Positions 26,041-41,300 of a stretch of 64,000 nucleotides of DNA are shown here, one piece after another (positions within the stretch are counted from its first letter, which is position 1; the number at the start of each line of letters is the position of its first letter). Origin of the DNA: Eledone cirrhosa. Lineage: Eukaryota. The stretch is from positions 120,280,001 through 120,344,000 of the forward strand of contig OZ024744.1 in the NCBI GenBank assembly GCA_964016885.1. Direction: 5' to 3'. The notes under the pieces were generated by a model. The model saw nothing but the letters and a program-made list of their open reading frames with translations. It was not told the origin of the DNA and ran no database searches. The position numbers and the translations under genes are program-made.

Positions 26041-27460
26041 CTCAATTCAGAGATTCTTTCCTGAGATATTCTAACCACATGTCATAGTATCAGAGCTGTG
26101 ATCTCTCAATTTAGATATTCTTTCCTGAGACATTCTAACCACATGTCATAGGATCAGATTTGTGATCTCTCAATTTAGAGATTCTTTCCTGAGATATTCT
26201 AACCACATGTCATAGTATCAGAGCTGTGATCTCTCAATTCAGAGATTCTTTCCTGAGACATTCTTACCACATTTCATAGTATCAGAGCTGTGATCTCTCA
26301 ATTTAGAGATTCTTTCATGAGACATTCTAACCACATGTCATAGTATCAGAACTGTGATCTCTCAATTCAGAGATTCTATCCTGAGACATTCTAACCACAT
26401 GTCATAGTATCAGAGCTGTGATCTCTCAATTTAGAGATTCTTTCATGAGACATTCTAACCACATGTCATTGTATCGGAGCTGTGATCTCTCAATTCAGAG
26501 ATTCTTTCCTGAGACATTCTAACCACATCTCATAGTATCAGATCTGTGATCTCTCAATTCAGAGATTCTTTCCTGAGATATTCTAACCACATGTCATAGT
26601 ATTAGAGCTGTGATATCTCAATTCAGAGATTCTTTCCTGAGACATTCTAACCACATGTCATAGTATCAGAGCTGTGATCTCTCAATTTAGAGATTCTTTC
26701 CTGAGACATTCTAACCGCGTCATAGTATCAGAGCTGTGATATCTCAATTCAGAGATTCTTTCCTGAGATATTCTAACCACATGTCATAGTATCAGAGCTG
26801 TGATCTCTCAATTTAGATATTCTTTCCTGAGACATTCTAACCACATGTCATAGGATCAGATTTGTGATCTCTCAATTTAGAGATTCTTTCCTGAGATATT
26901 CTAACCACATGTCATAGTATCAGAGCTGTGATCTCTCAATTCAGAGATTCTTTCCTGAGACATTCTTACCACATTTCATAGTATCAGAGCTGTGATCTCT
27001 CAATTTAGAGATTCTTTCATGAGACATTCTAACCACATGTCATAGTATCAGAACTGTGATCTCTCAATTCAGAGATTCTATCCTGAGACATTCTAACCAC
27101 ATGTCATAGTATCAGAGCTGTGATCTCTCAATTTAGAGATTCTTTCATGAGACATTCTAACCACATGTCATTGTATCGGAGCTGTGATCTCTCAATTCAG
27201 AGATTCTTTCCTGAGACATTCTAACCACATCTCATAGTATCAGATCTGTGATCTCTCAATTCAGAGATTCTTTCCTGAGATATTCTAACCACATGTCATA
27301 GTATTAGAGCTGTGATATCTCAATTCAGAGATTCTTTCCTGAGACATTCTAACCACATGTCATAGTATCAGAGCTGTGATCTCTCAATTTAGAGATTCTT
27401 TCCTGAGACATTCTAACCGCGTCATAGTATCAGAGCTGTGATATCTCAATTCAGAGATTC
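26041..27460. repeat. Tandem duplication, period 702 bp (11 monomers)
   Basis: TTCTTACCACATTTC at 26261 and 26963. Each copy ends with the 62-bp AACCGCGTC monomer. Confidence 0.9.
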
Positions 27461-30400
27461 TTTCCTGAGACATTCTAATCACATGTCAAAGTATCAGAGC
27501 TGTGATCTCTCAATTTAGATATTCTTTCCTGAGATATTCTAACCACATGTCATAGTATTAGAGCTGTGATCTCTCAATTCAGAGATTCGTTCCTGAGACA
27601 TTCTAACCACATGTCATAGTATCAGAGCTGTGATATCTCAATTCAGAGATTCTTTCCTGAGATATTCTAACCACATGTCATAGTATCAGACCTGTCATCT
27701 CTCAATTCAGAGATTCTTTCCTGAGACATTCTAACCACATGTCATAGTATCAGAGCTGTGATTTCTTAATTTAGAGATACTTTCATGAGATATTCTAACC
27801 ACATGTCATAGTATCAGAGCTGTGATCTCTCAATTCAGAGATTCTTTCCTGAGAAATTCTAGCCACATGTCTGTAGCATCAGAGCTGTGATCTCTCAATT
27901 CAGAGATTCTTTCCTGAGACGTTCTAACTCCATGTCCACAGTATCACAGTTGTGATCTCTCAATTCAGAGATTCTTTCCTGAGACATTCTAACCACATGT
28001 CATAGTATGAGTGCTGTGATCTCTCAATTCAGATATTCTTTCCTAAGATATTCTGAATATATGTCATAGTATCAGAGCGGTGATCACTCAATTCAGAGAT
28101 TCTTTCCTGGGATATTCTAACCACATGTCATAGTATCAGAGCTGTGATCTCTCAATTTAGATATTCTTTCCTGAGACATTCTAACCACATGTCATAGGAT
28201 CAGATTTGTGATCTCTCAATTTAGAGATTCTTTCCTGAGATATTCTAACCACATCTCATAGGATCAGAGCTGTGATCTCTCAATTCAGAGATTCTTTCCT
28301 GAGATATTCTAACCACATGTCATAGTATCAGAGCTGTGATCTCTCAATTTAGATATTCTTTCCTGAGACATTCTAACCACATGTCATAGGATCAGATTTG
28401 TGATCTCTCAATTTAGAGATTCTTTCCTGAGATATTCTAACCACATGTCATAGTATCAGAGCTGTGATCTCTCAATTCAGAGATTCTTTCATGAGACATT
28501 CTAACCACATGTCATAGTATCAGAACTGTGATCTCTCAATTCAGAGATTCTATCCTGAGACATTCTAACCACATGTCATAGTTTCAGAGCTGTGATCTCT
28601 CAATTTAGAGATTCTTTCATGAGACATTCTAACCACATGTCATTGTATCGGAGCTGTGATCTCTCAATTCAGAGATTCTTTCCTGAGACATTCTAACCAC
28701 ATGTCATAGTATCAGAGCTGTGATATCTCAATTCAGAGATTCTTTCCTGAGATATTCTAACCACATGTCATAGTATCAGACCTGTCATCTCTCAATTCAG
28801 AGATTCTTTCATGAGATATTCTAACCACATGTCATAGTATCAGAGCTGTGATCTCTCAATTCAGAGATTCTTTCCTGGGATATTCTAACCACATGTCATA
28901 GTATCAGAGCTGTGATCTCTCAATTCAGATATTCTTTCCTGAGACATTTTAACCACATGTCATAGTATCAGAGCTGTGATCTCTCAATTCAGAGATTCTT
29001 TCCTGGGACATTCTAACCACATGTCATAGTATTAGAGCTGTGATCTCTCAATTCAGAGATTCTTTCCTGAGACATTCTAACCACATGTCATAGTATCAGA
29101 GCTGTCATCTCTCAATTCAGAGATTCTTTCCTGAGACATTCTAACCACATGTCATAGTATCAGAGCTGTGATCTCTCAATTTAGATATTCTTTCCTGAGA
29201 TATTCTAACCACATGTCATAGTATTAGAGCTGTGATCTCTCAATTCAGAGATTCTTTCCTGAGACATTCTAACCACATGTCTGTAGTATCAGAGCTGTAT
29301 GCTCTCAATTCAGAGATTCTTTCCTGAGACATTCGCACCACATGTCATAGTATTGGAGCTGTGATCTCTCAATTCAGAGATTCTTTCCTGAGACATTCTA
29401 AACACATGTCATAGTAGCAGCGCTGTGATATCTCAATTCAGAGATTCTTTCCTGAGATATTCTAACCACATGTCATAGTATTAGAGCTGTGAACTCTCAA
29501 TTCAGAGATTCTTTCCTGAGAAATTCTAACCCCATGTCTGTAGTATCAGAGCTGTGATCTCTCAATTCAGAGATTATTTCCTGAGACATTCTAACTCCAT
29601 GTCCACAGTATCAGAGCTGTGATCTCTCAATTCAGAGATTCTTTCCAGAGACGTTCTAACCACATTTCATAGTATCAGTGCTGTGATCTCTCAATTCAGA
29701 GATTCTTTCATGAGATATTCTAACCACATGTCATAGTATCAGAGCTGTGATCTCTCAATTCAGAGATTCTTTCCTGGGATATTCTAACCACATGTCATAG
29801 TATCAGAGCTGTGATCTCTTAATTTAGAGATTCTTTCCTGAGTCATTCTAACCACATGTCATAGTATCAGATCTGTCATCTCTCAATTCAGAGATTCTTT
29901 CCTGAGACATTCTAAACACATGTCTGTAGTATCAGATCTGTGATCTCTCAATTCACAGATTCTTTCCTGATACATTCTAACCACAAGTCATAGTATCAGA
30001 GCTGTGATCTCTCAATTCACAGATTCTTTCCTGAGACATTCTAACCACGTCATAGTATCAGAGCTGTGATCTCTCAATTCAGAGATTCATTCCTGAGACA
30101 TTCTAATCCCATGTCATAATATCAGAGCTGTGATCTCTCAATTTAGATATTCTTTCCTGAGATATTCTAACCACATGTCATAGTATTAGAGCTGTGATCT
30201 CTCAATTCAGAGATTCATTCCTGAGACATTCGAACCACATGTCTGTAGTATCAGAGCTGTGAACTCCCAATTCAGAGATTCTTTCCTGGGACATTCTAAC
30301 CACATGTCATAGTATCAGGGCTGTGATCTCTCAATTCACAGATTCTTTCCTGAGACATTCTAATCACATGTCACAGTATCAGAGCTGTGATCTCTCAATT

Positions 30401-33400
30401 CAGAGATTCTTTCCTGAGACTTTCTAACCACATGTCATAGTATCAGATCTGTGATATCTCAATTCAGAGATTCTTTCCTGAGATATTCTAACCACATGTC
30501 ATAGTATCAGACCTATCATCTCTCAATTCAGAGATTCTTTCCTGAGACATCCTCACCACATGTCATAGTATCAGAGCTGTGATCTCTCAATTCAGAGATT
30601 CTTTCCTGAGACGTTCTAACTCCATGTCCACAGTATCAGAGCTGTGATCTCTTATTTCAGAGATTCTTTCCTGAGACATTCTAACCTCATGTCATAGTAT
30701 CAGTGCTGTGATCTCTCAATTCAGATATTCTTTCCTGAGACATTCTAACCACATGTCATAGTATCAGAGCTGTGATCTCTCAATTCAGAGATTCTTTCCT
30801 GAGACATTCTTACCTCATGTCATAGTATAAGGGCTGTGATGTCTCAATTTAGAGATTCTTTCATGAGATATTCTAACCACATGTCATAGTATCAGAGCTC
30901 TGTGCTCTCAATTCAGAGATTCTATCCTGAGACATTCTAACCACATGTCATAGTATTAGAGCTGTGATCTTCCAATTCAGAGAATCTTTCCCGAGAAATT
31001 CTAACCACTAACCACATGTCTGTAGTATAAGAGCTGTGATCTCTCAATTCAGACGTTCTTTCCTGAGACATTCTGACTCCATGTCCACACTATCAGAGCT
31101 GTGATCTCTCAATTCAGAGATTCTTTCCTGAGATATTCTAACCACATGTCATAGTATAAGAGCTTGGATCTCTCAATTCAGAGATTCTTTCCTGGTATAT
31201 TCTAACCACATGTAATAGTATCAGAGCTGTGATCTCTCAATTCAGATATTCTTTCTTAAAACATTCTAACCACATGTCATAGGATCAGAGTTGTGATCTC
31301 TCAAATCAGAGATTCTCTCCTGAGATATTCTAACCACATGTCATAGTATCAGAGCTGTGATCTCTCAATTCAGAGATTCTTTCCTGAGACATTCTAACCA
31401 CATGTCATACGATTAGATTTGTGATCTCTCAATTTAGAGATTCTTTCCTGAGATATTCTAACCACATGTCATAATATCAGAGCTGTGATCTCTCAAATCA
31501 GAGATTCTTTCCTGAGACATTCTTACCACATGTCATAGTATCAGAGCTGTCATCTCTCAATTCAGAGATTCTTTCCTGAGACATTCTAACCACATGTCAT
31601 ATCAGAGCTGTGATCTCTTAATTTAGAGATGCTTTCATGAGATAATCTAACCACATGTCATAGTATCAGAGCTGTGTACTCTCAATTCAGAGATTCTTTC
31701 CTGAGACATTCTAACCACATGTCATAGTATTAGAGCCGTGATCTCTCAATTCAGAGATTCTTTCCTGAGACATTCTAACCACATGTCATAGTATTAGAGC
31801 CGTGATCTCTCAATTCAGAGATTATTTCCTGAGACATTCTAACTCCATGTCCACAGTATCAGAGCTGTGATCTCTCAATTCAGAGATTCTTTCCAGAGAC
31901 GTTCTGACCACATGTCATAGTATCAGTGCTGTGATCTCTCAATTCAGAGATTCTTTCATGAGATATTCTAACCACATGTCATAGTATCAGAGCTGTGCTC
32001 TCTCAATTCAGAGATTCTTTCCTGGGATATTCTAACCACATGTCATATTATCAGAGCTGTGATCTCTCAATTCAGATATTCTTTCCTGAGACATTTTAAC
32101 CACATGTCATAGTATCAGAGCTGTGATCTCTCAATTCAGAGATTCTTTGCTGGGACATTCTAACCACATGTCATTGTATTAGAGCTGTGATCTCTCAATT
32201 CAGAGATTCTTTCCTGAGACATTCTAACCACATGTCATAGTATCAGAGCTGTCATCTCTCAATTCAGAGATTCTTTCCTGAGACATTCTAACCACATGTC
32301 ATAGTATCAGAGCTGTGATATCTCAATTCAGAGATTCTTTCCTGAGATATTCTAACCACATGTCATAGTATCAGAGCTGTGATCTCTCAATTCAGAGATT
32401 CTTTCTTGAGACATTCTAACTCCATGTCCACCGTGTCTGAGCTGTGAACTCTCAATTCAGAGATTCTTTCCTCAGACATTCTAACCACATCACATAGTAT
32501 CAGAGCTGTGATCTCTCTATTCAGAGATTCTGTCCTGAGACATTCTAACCACATCTCATAGTATCAGATCTGTGATCTCTCAATTCAGAGATTCTTTCCT
32601 GAGATATTCTAACCACATGTCATAGTATTAGAGCTGTGATCTCTCAATTCAGAGATTCTTTCCTGAGACATTCTAACCACATGTCATAGTATCAGAGCTG
32701 TGATCTCTCAATTTAGAGATTCTTTCCTGAGACATTCTAACCGCGTCATAGTATCAGAGCTGTGATATCTCAATTCAGAGATTCTTTCCTGAGACATTCT
32801 AATCACATGTCAAAGTATCAGAGCTGTGATCTCTCAATTTAGATATTCTTTCCTGAGATATTCTAACCACATGTCATAGTATTAGAGCTGTGATCTCTCA
32901 ATTCAGAGATTCGTTCCTGAGACATTCTAACCACATGTCATAGTATCAGAGCTGTGATATCTCAATTCAGAGATTCTTTCCTGAGATATTCTAACCACAT
33001 GTCATAGTATCAGACCTGTCATCTCTCAATTCAGAGATTCTTTCCTGAGACATTCTAACCACATGTCATAGTATCAGTGCTGTGATTTCTTAATTTAGAG
33101 ATACTTTCATGAGATATTCTAACCACATGTCATAGTATCAGAGCTGTGATCTCTCAATTCAGAGATTCTTTCCTGAGAAATTCTAGCCACATGTCTGTAG
33201 TATCAGAGCTGTGATCTCTCAATTCAGAGATTCTTTCCTGAGACGTTCTAACTCCATGTCCACAGTATCACAGTTGTGATCTCTCAATTCAGAGATTCTT
33301 TCCTGAGACATTCTAACCACATGTCATAGTATGAGTGCTGTGATCTCTCAATTCAGATATTCTTTCCTAAGATATTCTGAACATATGTCCTAGTATCAGA

Positions 33401-35329
33401 GCGGTGATCACTCAATTCAGAGATTCTTTCCTGGGATATTCTAACCACATGTCATAGTATCAGATCTGTGATCTCTCAATTCAGATATTCTTTCCTAAAA
33501 CATTCTAACCACATGTCATAGGATCAGATTTGTGATCTCTCAATTTAGAGATTCTTTCCTGAGATATTCTAACCACATCTCATAGGATCAGAGCTGTGAT
33601 CTCTCAATTCAGAGATTCTTTCCTGAGATATTCTAACCACATGTCATAGTATCAGAGCTGTGATCTCTCAATTTAGATATTCTTTCCTGAGACATTCTAA
33701 CGACATGTCATAGGATCAGATTTGTGAGCTCTCAATTTAGAGATTCTTTCCTGAGATATTCTAACCACATGTCATAGTATCAGAGCTGTGATATCTCAAT
33801 TCAGAGATTCTTTCCTGAGATATTCTAACCACATGTCATAGTATCAGAGCTGTGATCTCTCAATTTAGATATTCTTTCCTGAGACATTCTAACCACATGT
33901 CATAGGATCAGATTTGTGATCTCTCAATTTAGAGATTCTTTCCTGAGATATTCTAACCACATGTCATAGTATCAGAGCTGTGATCTCTCAATTTAGAGAT
34001 TCTTTCATGAGACATTCTAACCACATGTCATTGTATCGGAGCTGTGATCTCTCAATTCAGAGATTCTTTCCTGAGACATTCTAACCACATGTCATAGTAT
34101 CAGAGCTGTGATATCTCAATTCAGAGATTCTTTCCTGAGATATTCTAACCACATGTCATAGTATCAGACCTGTCATCTCTCAATTCAGAGATTCTTTCAT
34201 GAGATATTCTAACCACATGTCATAGTATCAGAGCTGTGATCTCTCAATTCAGAGATTCTTTCCTGGGATATTCTAACCACATGTCATATTATCAGAGCTG
34301 TGATCTCTCAATTCAGATATTCTTTCCTGAGACGTTTTAACCACATGTCATAGTATCAGAGCTGTGATCTCTCAATTCAGAGATTCTTTCCTGGGACATT
34401 CTAACCACATGTCATAGTATTAGAGCTGTGATCTCTCAATTCAGAGATTCTTTCCTGAGACATTCTAACCACATGTCATAGTATCAGAGCTGTCATCTCT
34501 CAATTCAGAGATTCTTTCCTGAGACATTCTAACCACATGTCATAGTATCAGAGCTGTGATCTCTCAATTTAGATATTCTTTCCTGAGATATTCTAACCAC
34601 ATGTCATAGTATTAGAGCTGTGATCTCTCAATTCAGAGATTCTTTCCTGAGACATTCTAACCACATGTCTGTAGTATCAGAGCTGTATGCTCTCAATTCA
34701 GAGATTCTTTCTTGAGACATTCGAACCACATGTCATAGTATTGGAGCTGTGATATCTCAATTCAGAGATTCTTTCCTGAGACATTCTAACCACATGTCAT
34801 AGTATCAGAGCTGTGATTTCTTGATTTAGAGATACTTTCATGAGATATTCTAACCACATGTCATAGTATCAGAGCTGTGATCTCTCAATTCAGAGATTCT
34901 TTCCTGAGAAATTCTAGCCACATGTCTGTAGTATCAGAGCTGTGATCTCTCAATTCAGAGATTCTTTCCTGAGACGTTCTAACTCCATGTCCACAGTATC
35001 ACAGTTGTGATCTCTCAATTCAGAGATTCTTTTCTGAGACATTCTAACCACATGTCATAGTATGAGTGCTGTGATCTCTCAATTCAGATATTCTTTCCTG
35101 AGATATTCTAACCACATCTCATAGGATCAGAGCTGTGATCTCTCAATTCAGAGATTCTTTCCTGAGATATTCTAACCACATGTCATAGTATCAGAGCTGT
35201 GATCTCTCAATTTAGATATTCTTTCCTGAGACATTCTAACCACATGTCATAGGATCAGATTTGTGATCTCTCAATTTAGAGATTCTTTCCTGAGATATTC
35301 TAACCACATGTCATAGTATCAGAGCTGTG

Positions 35330-38300
35330 ATCTCTCAATTCAGAGATTCTTTCCTGAGACATTCTTACCACATTTCATAGTATCAGAGCTGTGATCTCTC
35401 AATTTAGAGATTCTTTCATGAGACATTCTAACCACATGTCATAGTATCGGAACTGTGATCTCTCAATTCAGAGATTCTATCCTGAGACATTCTAACCACA
35501 TGTCATAGTATCAGAGCTGTGATCTCTCAATTTAGAGATTCTTTCATGAGACATTCTAACCACATGTCATAGTATCAGATCTGTGATCTCTCAATTCAGA
35601 GATTCTTTCCTGAGATATTCTAACCACATGTCATAGTATCAGAGCTGTCATCTCTCAATTCAGAGATTCTTTCCTGAGACATTCTAACCACATGTCATAG
35701 TATCAGAGCTGTGATCTCTTAATTTAGAGATTCTTTCATGAGATAATCTAACCACATGTCATAGTATCAGAGCTGTGATCTCTCAATTCAGAGATTCTTT
35801 CCTGAGACATTCTAACCACATGTCATAGTATTAGAGCTGTGATCTCTCAATTCAGAGATTCTTTCCTGAGAAATTCTAACCCATGTCTGTAGTATCAGAG
35901 CTGTGATCTCTCAATTCAGAGATTATTTCCTGAGACATTCTAACTCCATGTCCACAGTATCACAGCTGTGATCTCTCAATTCAGAGATTCTTTCCAGAGA
36001 CGTTCTAACCACATTTCATAGTATCAGTGCTGTGATCTCTCAATTCAGAGATTCTTTCATGAGATATTCTAACCACATGTCATAGTATCAGAGCTGTGAT
36101 CTCTCAATTCAGAGATTCATTCCTGAGACATTCGAACCACATGTCTGTAGTATCAGGGCTGTGAACTCTCAATTCAGAGATTCTTTCCTGAGACATTCTA
36201 ACCACATGTCACAGTATCAGAGCTGTGATCTCTCAATTCAGAGATTCCTTCCTGAGACATTCTAACCACATGTGATAGTATCAGATCTGTGATATCTCAA
36301 TTCAGAGATACTTTCCTGAGATATTCTAACCACATGTCATAGTATCAGACCTGTCATCTCTCAATTCAGAGATTCTTTCCTGAGACATTCTCACCACATG
36401 TCATAGTATCAGAGCTGTGATCTCTCAATTCAGAGATTCTTTCCTGAGACGTTCTAACTCCATGTCCACTATATCAGAGCTGTGATCTCTTATTTCAGAG
36501 ATTCTTTCCTGAGACATTCTAACCTCATGTCATAGTATCAGTGCTGTGATCTCTCAATTCAGATATTCTTTCCTGAGACATTCTAACCACATGTCATAGT
36601 ATCAGAGCTGTGTTCTCTCAATTCAGAGATTCTTTACTGGGATATTCTAACCACATGTCATAGTATCAGAGCTGTGATCTCTCAATTCAGAGATTCTTTC
36701 CTGAGACATTCTTACTGCATGTCATAGTATAAGAGCTGTGATCTCTCAATTTAGAGATTCTTTCATGAGATATTCTAACCACATGTCATAGTATCAGAGC
36801 TCTGTGCTCTCAATTCAGAGATTCTATCCTGAGACATTCTAACTACATGTCATAGTATTAGAGCTGTGATCTTCCAATTCAGAGAATCTTTCCCGAGAAA
36901 TTCTAACCACATGTCTGTAGTATAAGAGCTGTGATCTCTCAATTCAGACATTCTTTCCTGAGACATTCTGACTCCATGTTCACACTATCAGAGCTGTGAT
37001 CTCTCAATTCAGAGATTCTTTCCTGAGATATTCTAACCACATGTCATAGTATCAGAGCTGTGATCTCTCAATTCAGAGATTCTTTCCTGGGATATTCTAA
37101 CCACATGTCATAGTATCAGAGCTGTGATCTCTCAATTCAGATATTCTTTCCTGAGACATTCTAACCACATGTCATAATATTAGATCTGTGATCTCTCAAT
37201 TCAGAGATTCTTTCCTGAGACATTCGAACCACATGTCTGTAGTATCAGAGCTGTGAACTCTCAATTCAGAGATTCTTTCCTGAGACATTCTAACCACATG
37301 TCTGTAGTATCAGAGCTGTGATCTCTCAATTCAGAGATTCTTTCCTGATACATTCTAACCACATGTCATAGTATCAGAGCTGTGATCTCTCAATTAAGAG
37401 ATTCTTTCCTGAGACATTCTAACCACATGTCATAGTATCAGAGCTGTGATCTCTCAATTTAGAGATTCTTTCATGAGACATTCTAACCACATGTCATTGT
37501 ATCGGAGCTGTGATCTCTCAATTCAGAGATTCTTTCCTGAGACATTCTAACCACATGTCATAGTATCAGAGCTGTGATATCTCAATTCAGAGATTCTTTC
37601 CTGAGATATTCTAACCACATGTCATAGTATCAGACCTGTCATCTCTCAATTTAGAGATTCTTTCCTGAGACATTCTAACCGCGTCATAGTATCAGAGCTG
37701 TGATATCTCAATTCAGAGATTCTTTCCTGAGACATTCTAATCACATGTCAAAGTTTCAGAGCTGTGATCTCTCAATTTAGATATTCTTTCCTGAGATATT
37801 CTAACCACATGTCATAGTATTAGAGCTGTGATCTCTCAATTCAGAGATTCGTTCCTGAGACATTCTAACCACATGTCATAGTATCAGAGCTGTGATATCT
37901 CAATTCAGAGATTCTTTCCTGAGATATTCTAACCACATGTCATAGTATCAGACCTGTCATCTCTCAATTCAGAGATTCTTTCCTGAGACATTCTAACCAC
38001 ATGTCATAGTATCAGAGCTGTGATTTCTTAATTTAGAGATACTTTCATGAGATATTCTAACCACATGTCATAGTATCAGAGCTGTGATCTCTCAATTCAG
38101 AGATTCTTTCCTGAGAAATTCTAGCCACATGTCTGTAGTATCAGAGCTGTGATCTCTCAATTCAGAGATTCTTTCCTGAGACGTTCTAACTCCATTTCCA
38201 CAGTATCACAGTTGTGATCTCTCAATTCAGAGATTCTTTCCTGATACATTCTAACCACATGTCATAGTATCAGAGCTGTGATCTCTCAATTAAGAGATTC

Positions 38301-41300
38301 TTTCCTGAGACATTCTAACCACATGTCATAGTATCAGAGCTGTGATCTCTCAATTTAGAGATTCTTTCATGAGACATTCTAACCACATGTCATTGTATCG
38401 GAGCTGTGATCTCTCAATTCAGAGATTCTTTCCTGAGACATTCTAACCACATGTCATAGTATCAGAGCTGTGATATCTCAATTCAGAGATTCTTTCCTGA
38501 GATATTCTAACCACATGTCATAGTATCAGACCTGTCATCTCTCAATTTAGAGATTATTTCCTGAGACATTCTAACCGCGTCATAGTATCAGAGCTGTGAT
38601 ATCTCAATTCAGAGATTCTTTCCTGAGACATTCTAATCACATGTCAAAGTTTCAGAGCTGTGATCTCTCAATTTAGATATTCTTTCCTGAGATATTCTAA
38701 CCACATGTCATAGTATTAGAGCTGTGATCTCTCAATTCAGAGATTCGTTCCTGAGACATTCTAACCACATGTCATAGTATCAGAGCTGTGATATCTCAAT
38801 TCAGAGATTCTTTCCTGAGATATTCTAACCACATGTCATAGTATCAGACCTGTCATCTCTCAATTCAGAGATTCTTTCCTGAGACATTCTAACCACATGT
38901 CATAGTATCAGAGCTGTGATTTCTTAATTTAGAGATACTTTCATGAGATATTCTAACCACATGTCATAGTATCAGAGCTGTGATCTCTCAATTCAGAGAT
39001 TCTTTCCTGAGAAATTCTAGCCACATGTCTGTAGTATCAGAGCTGTGATCTCTCAATTCAGAGATTCTTTCCTGAGACGTTCTAACTCCATGTCCACAGT
39101 ATCACAGTTGTGATCTCTCAATTCAGAGATTCTTTCCTGAGACATTCTAACCACATGTCATAGTATGAGTGCTGTGATCTCTCAATTCAGATATTCTTTC
39201 CTAAGATATTCTGAACATATGTCATAGTTTCAGAGCGGTGATCACTCAATTCAGAGATTCTTTCCTGGGATATTCTAACCACATGTCATAGTATCAGAGC
39301 TGTGATCTCTCAATTCAGATATTCTTTCCTAAAACATTCTAACCACATGTCATAGGATCAGATTTGTGATCTCTCAATTTAGAGATTCTTTCCTGAGATA
39401 TTCTAACCACATGTCATAGTATCAGAGCTGTGATCTCTCAATTTAGAGATTCTTTCATGAGACATTCTAACCACATGTCATTGTATCGGAGCTGTGATCT
39501 CTCAATTCAGAGATTCTTTCCTGAGACATTCTAACCACATGTCATAGTATCAGAGCTGTGATATCTCAATTCAGAGATTCTTTCCTGAGATATTCTAACC
39601 ACATGTCATAGTATCAGACCTGTCATCTCTCAATTCAGAGATTCTTTCATGAGATATTCTAACCACATGTCATAGTATCAGAGCTGTGATCTCTCAATTC
39701 AGAGATTCTTTCCTGGGATATTCTAACCACATGTCATAGTATCAGAGCTGTGATCTCTCAATTCAGATATTCTTTCCTGAGACGTTTTAACCACATGTCA
39801 TAGTATCAGAGCTGTGATCTCTCAATTCAGAGATTCTTTCCTGGGACATTCTAACCACATGTCATAGTATTAGAGCTGTGATCTCTCAATTCAGAGATTC
39901 TTTCCTGAGACATTCTAACCACATGTCATAGTATCAGAGCTGTCATCTCTCAATTCAGAGATTCTTTCCTGAGACATTCTAACCACATGTCATAGTATCA
40001 GAGCTGTGATCTCTCAATTTAGATATTCTTTCCTGAGATATTCTAACCACATGTCATAGTATTAGAGCTGTGATCTCTCAATTCAGAGATTCTTTCCTGA
40101 GACATTCTAACCACATGTCTGTAGTATCAGAGCTGTATGCTCTCAATTCAGAGATTCTTTCCTGAGACATTCGAACTACATGTCATAGTATTGGAGCTGT
40201 GATCTCTCAATTCAGAGATTCTTTCCTGAGATATTCTAACCACATGTCATAGTATCAGAGCTGTGATCTCTCAATTCAGAGATTCTTTCTTGAGGCATTC
40301 TAACTCCATGTCCACAGTGTCTGAGGTGTGAACTCTCAATTCAGAGATTCTTTCCTCAGACATTCTAACCACATCACATAGTATCAGAGCTGTGATCTCT
40401 CTATTCAGAGATTCTTTCCTGAGACATTCTAACCACATGTCATAGTATCAGACCTGTCATCTCTCAATTCAGAGATTCTTTCCTGAGATATTCTAACCAC
40501 ATGTCATAGTATCAGACCTGTCATCTCTCAATTCAGAGATTCTTTCCTGAGACATTCTAACCACATGTCATAGTATCAGAGCTGTGATTTCTTGATTTAG
40601 AGATACATTCATGAGATATTCTAACCACATGTCATAGTATCAGAGCTGTGATCTCTCAATTCAGAGATTCTTTCCTGAGAAATTCTAGCCACATGTCTGT
40701 AGTATCAGAGCTGTGATCTCTCAATTCAGAGATTCTTTCCTGAGACGTTCTAACTCCATGTCCACAGTATCACAGTTGTGATCTCTCAATTCAGAGATTC
40801 TTTCCTGAGACATTCTAACCACATGTCATAGTATGAGTGCTGTGATCTCTCAATTCAGATATTCTTTCCTAAGATATTCTGAACATATGTCATAGTATCA
40901 GAGCGGTGATCACTCAATTCAGAGATTCTTTCCTGGGATATTCTAACCACATGTCATAGTATCAGAGCTGTGATCTCTCAATTCAGATATTCTTTCCTAA
41001 AACATTCTAACCACATGTCATAGGATCAGATTTGTGATCTCTCAATTTAGAGATTCTTTCCTGAGATATTCTAACCACATCTCATAGGATCAGAGCTGTG
41101 ATCTCTCAATTCAGAGATTCTTTCCTGAGATATTCTAACCACATGTCATAGTATCAGAGCTGTGATCTCTCAATTTAGATATTCTTTCCTGAGACATTCT
41201 AACCACATGTCATAGGATCAGATTTGTGATCTCTCAATTTAGAGATTCTTTCCTGAGATATTCTAACCACATGTCATAGTATCAGAGCTGTGAACTCTCT

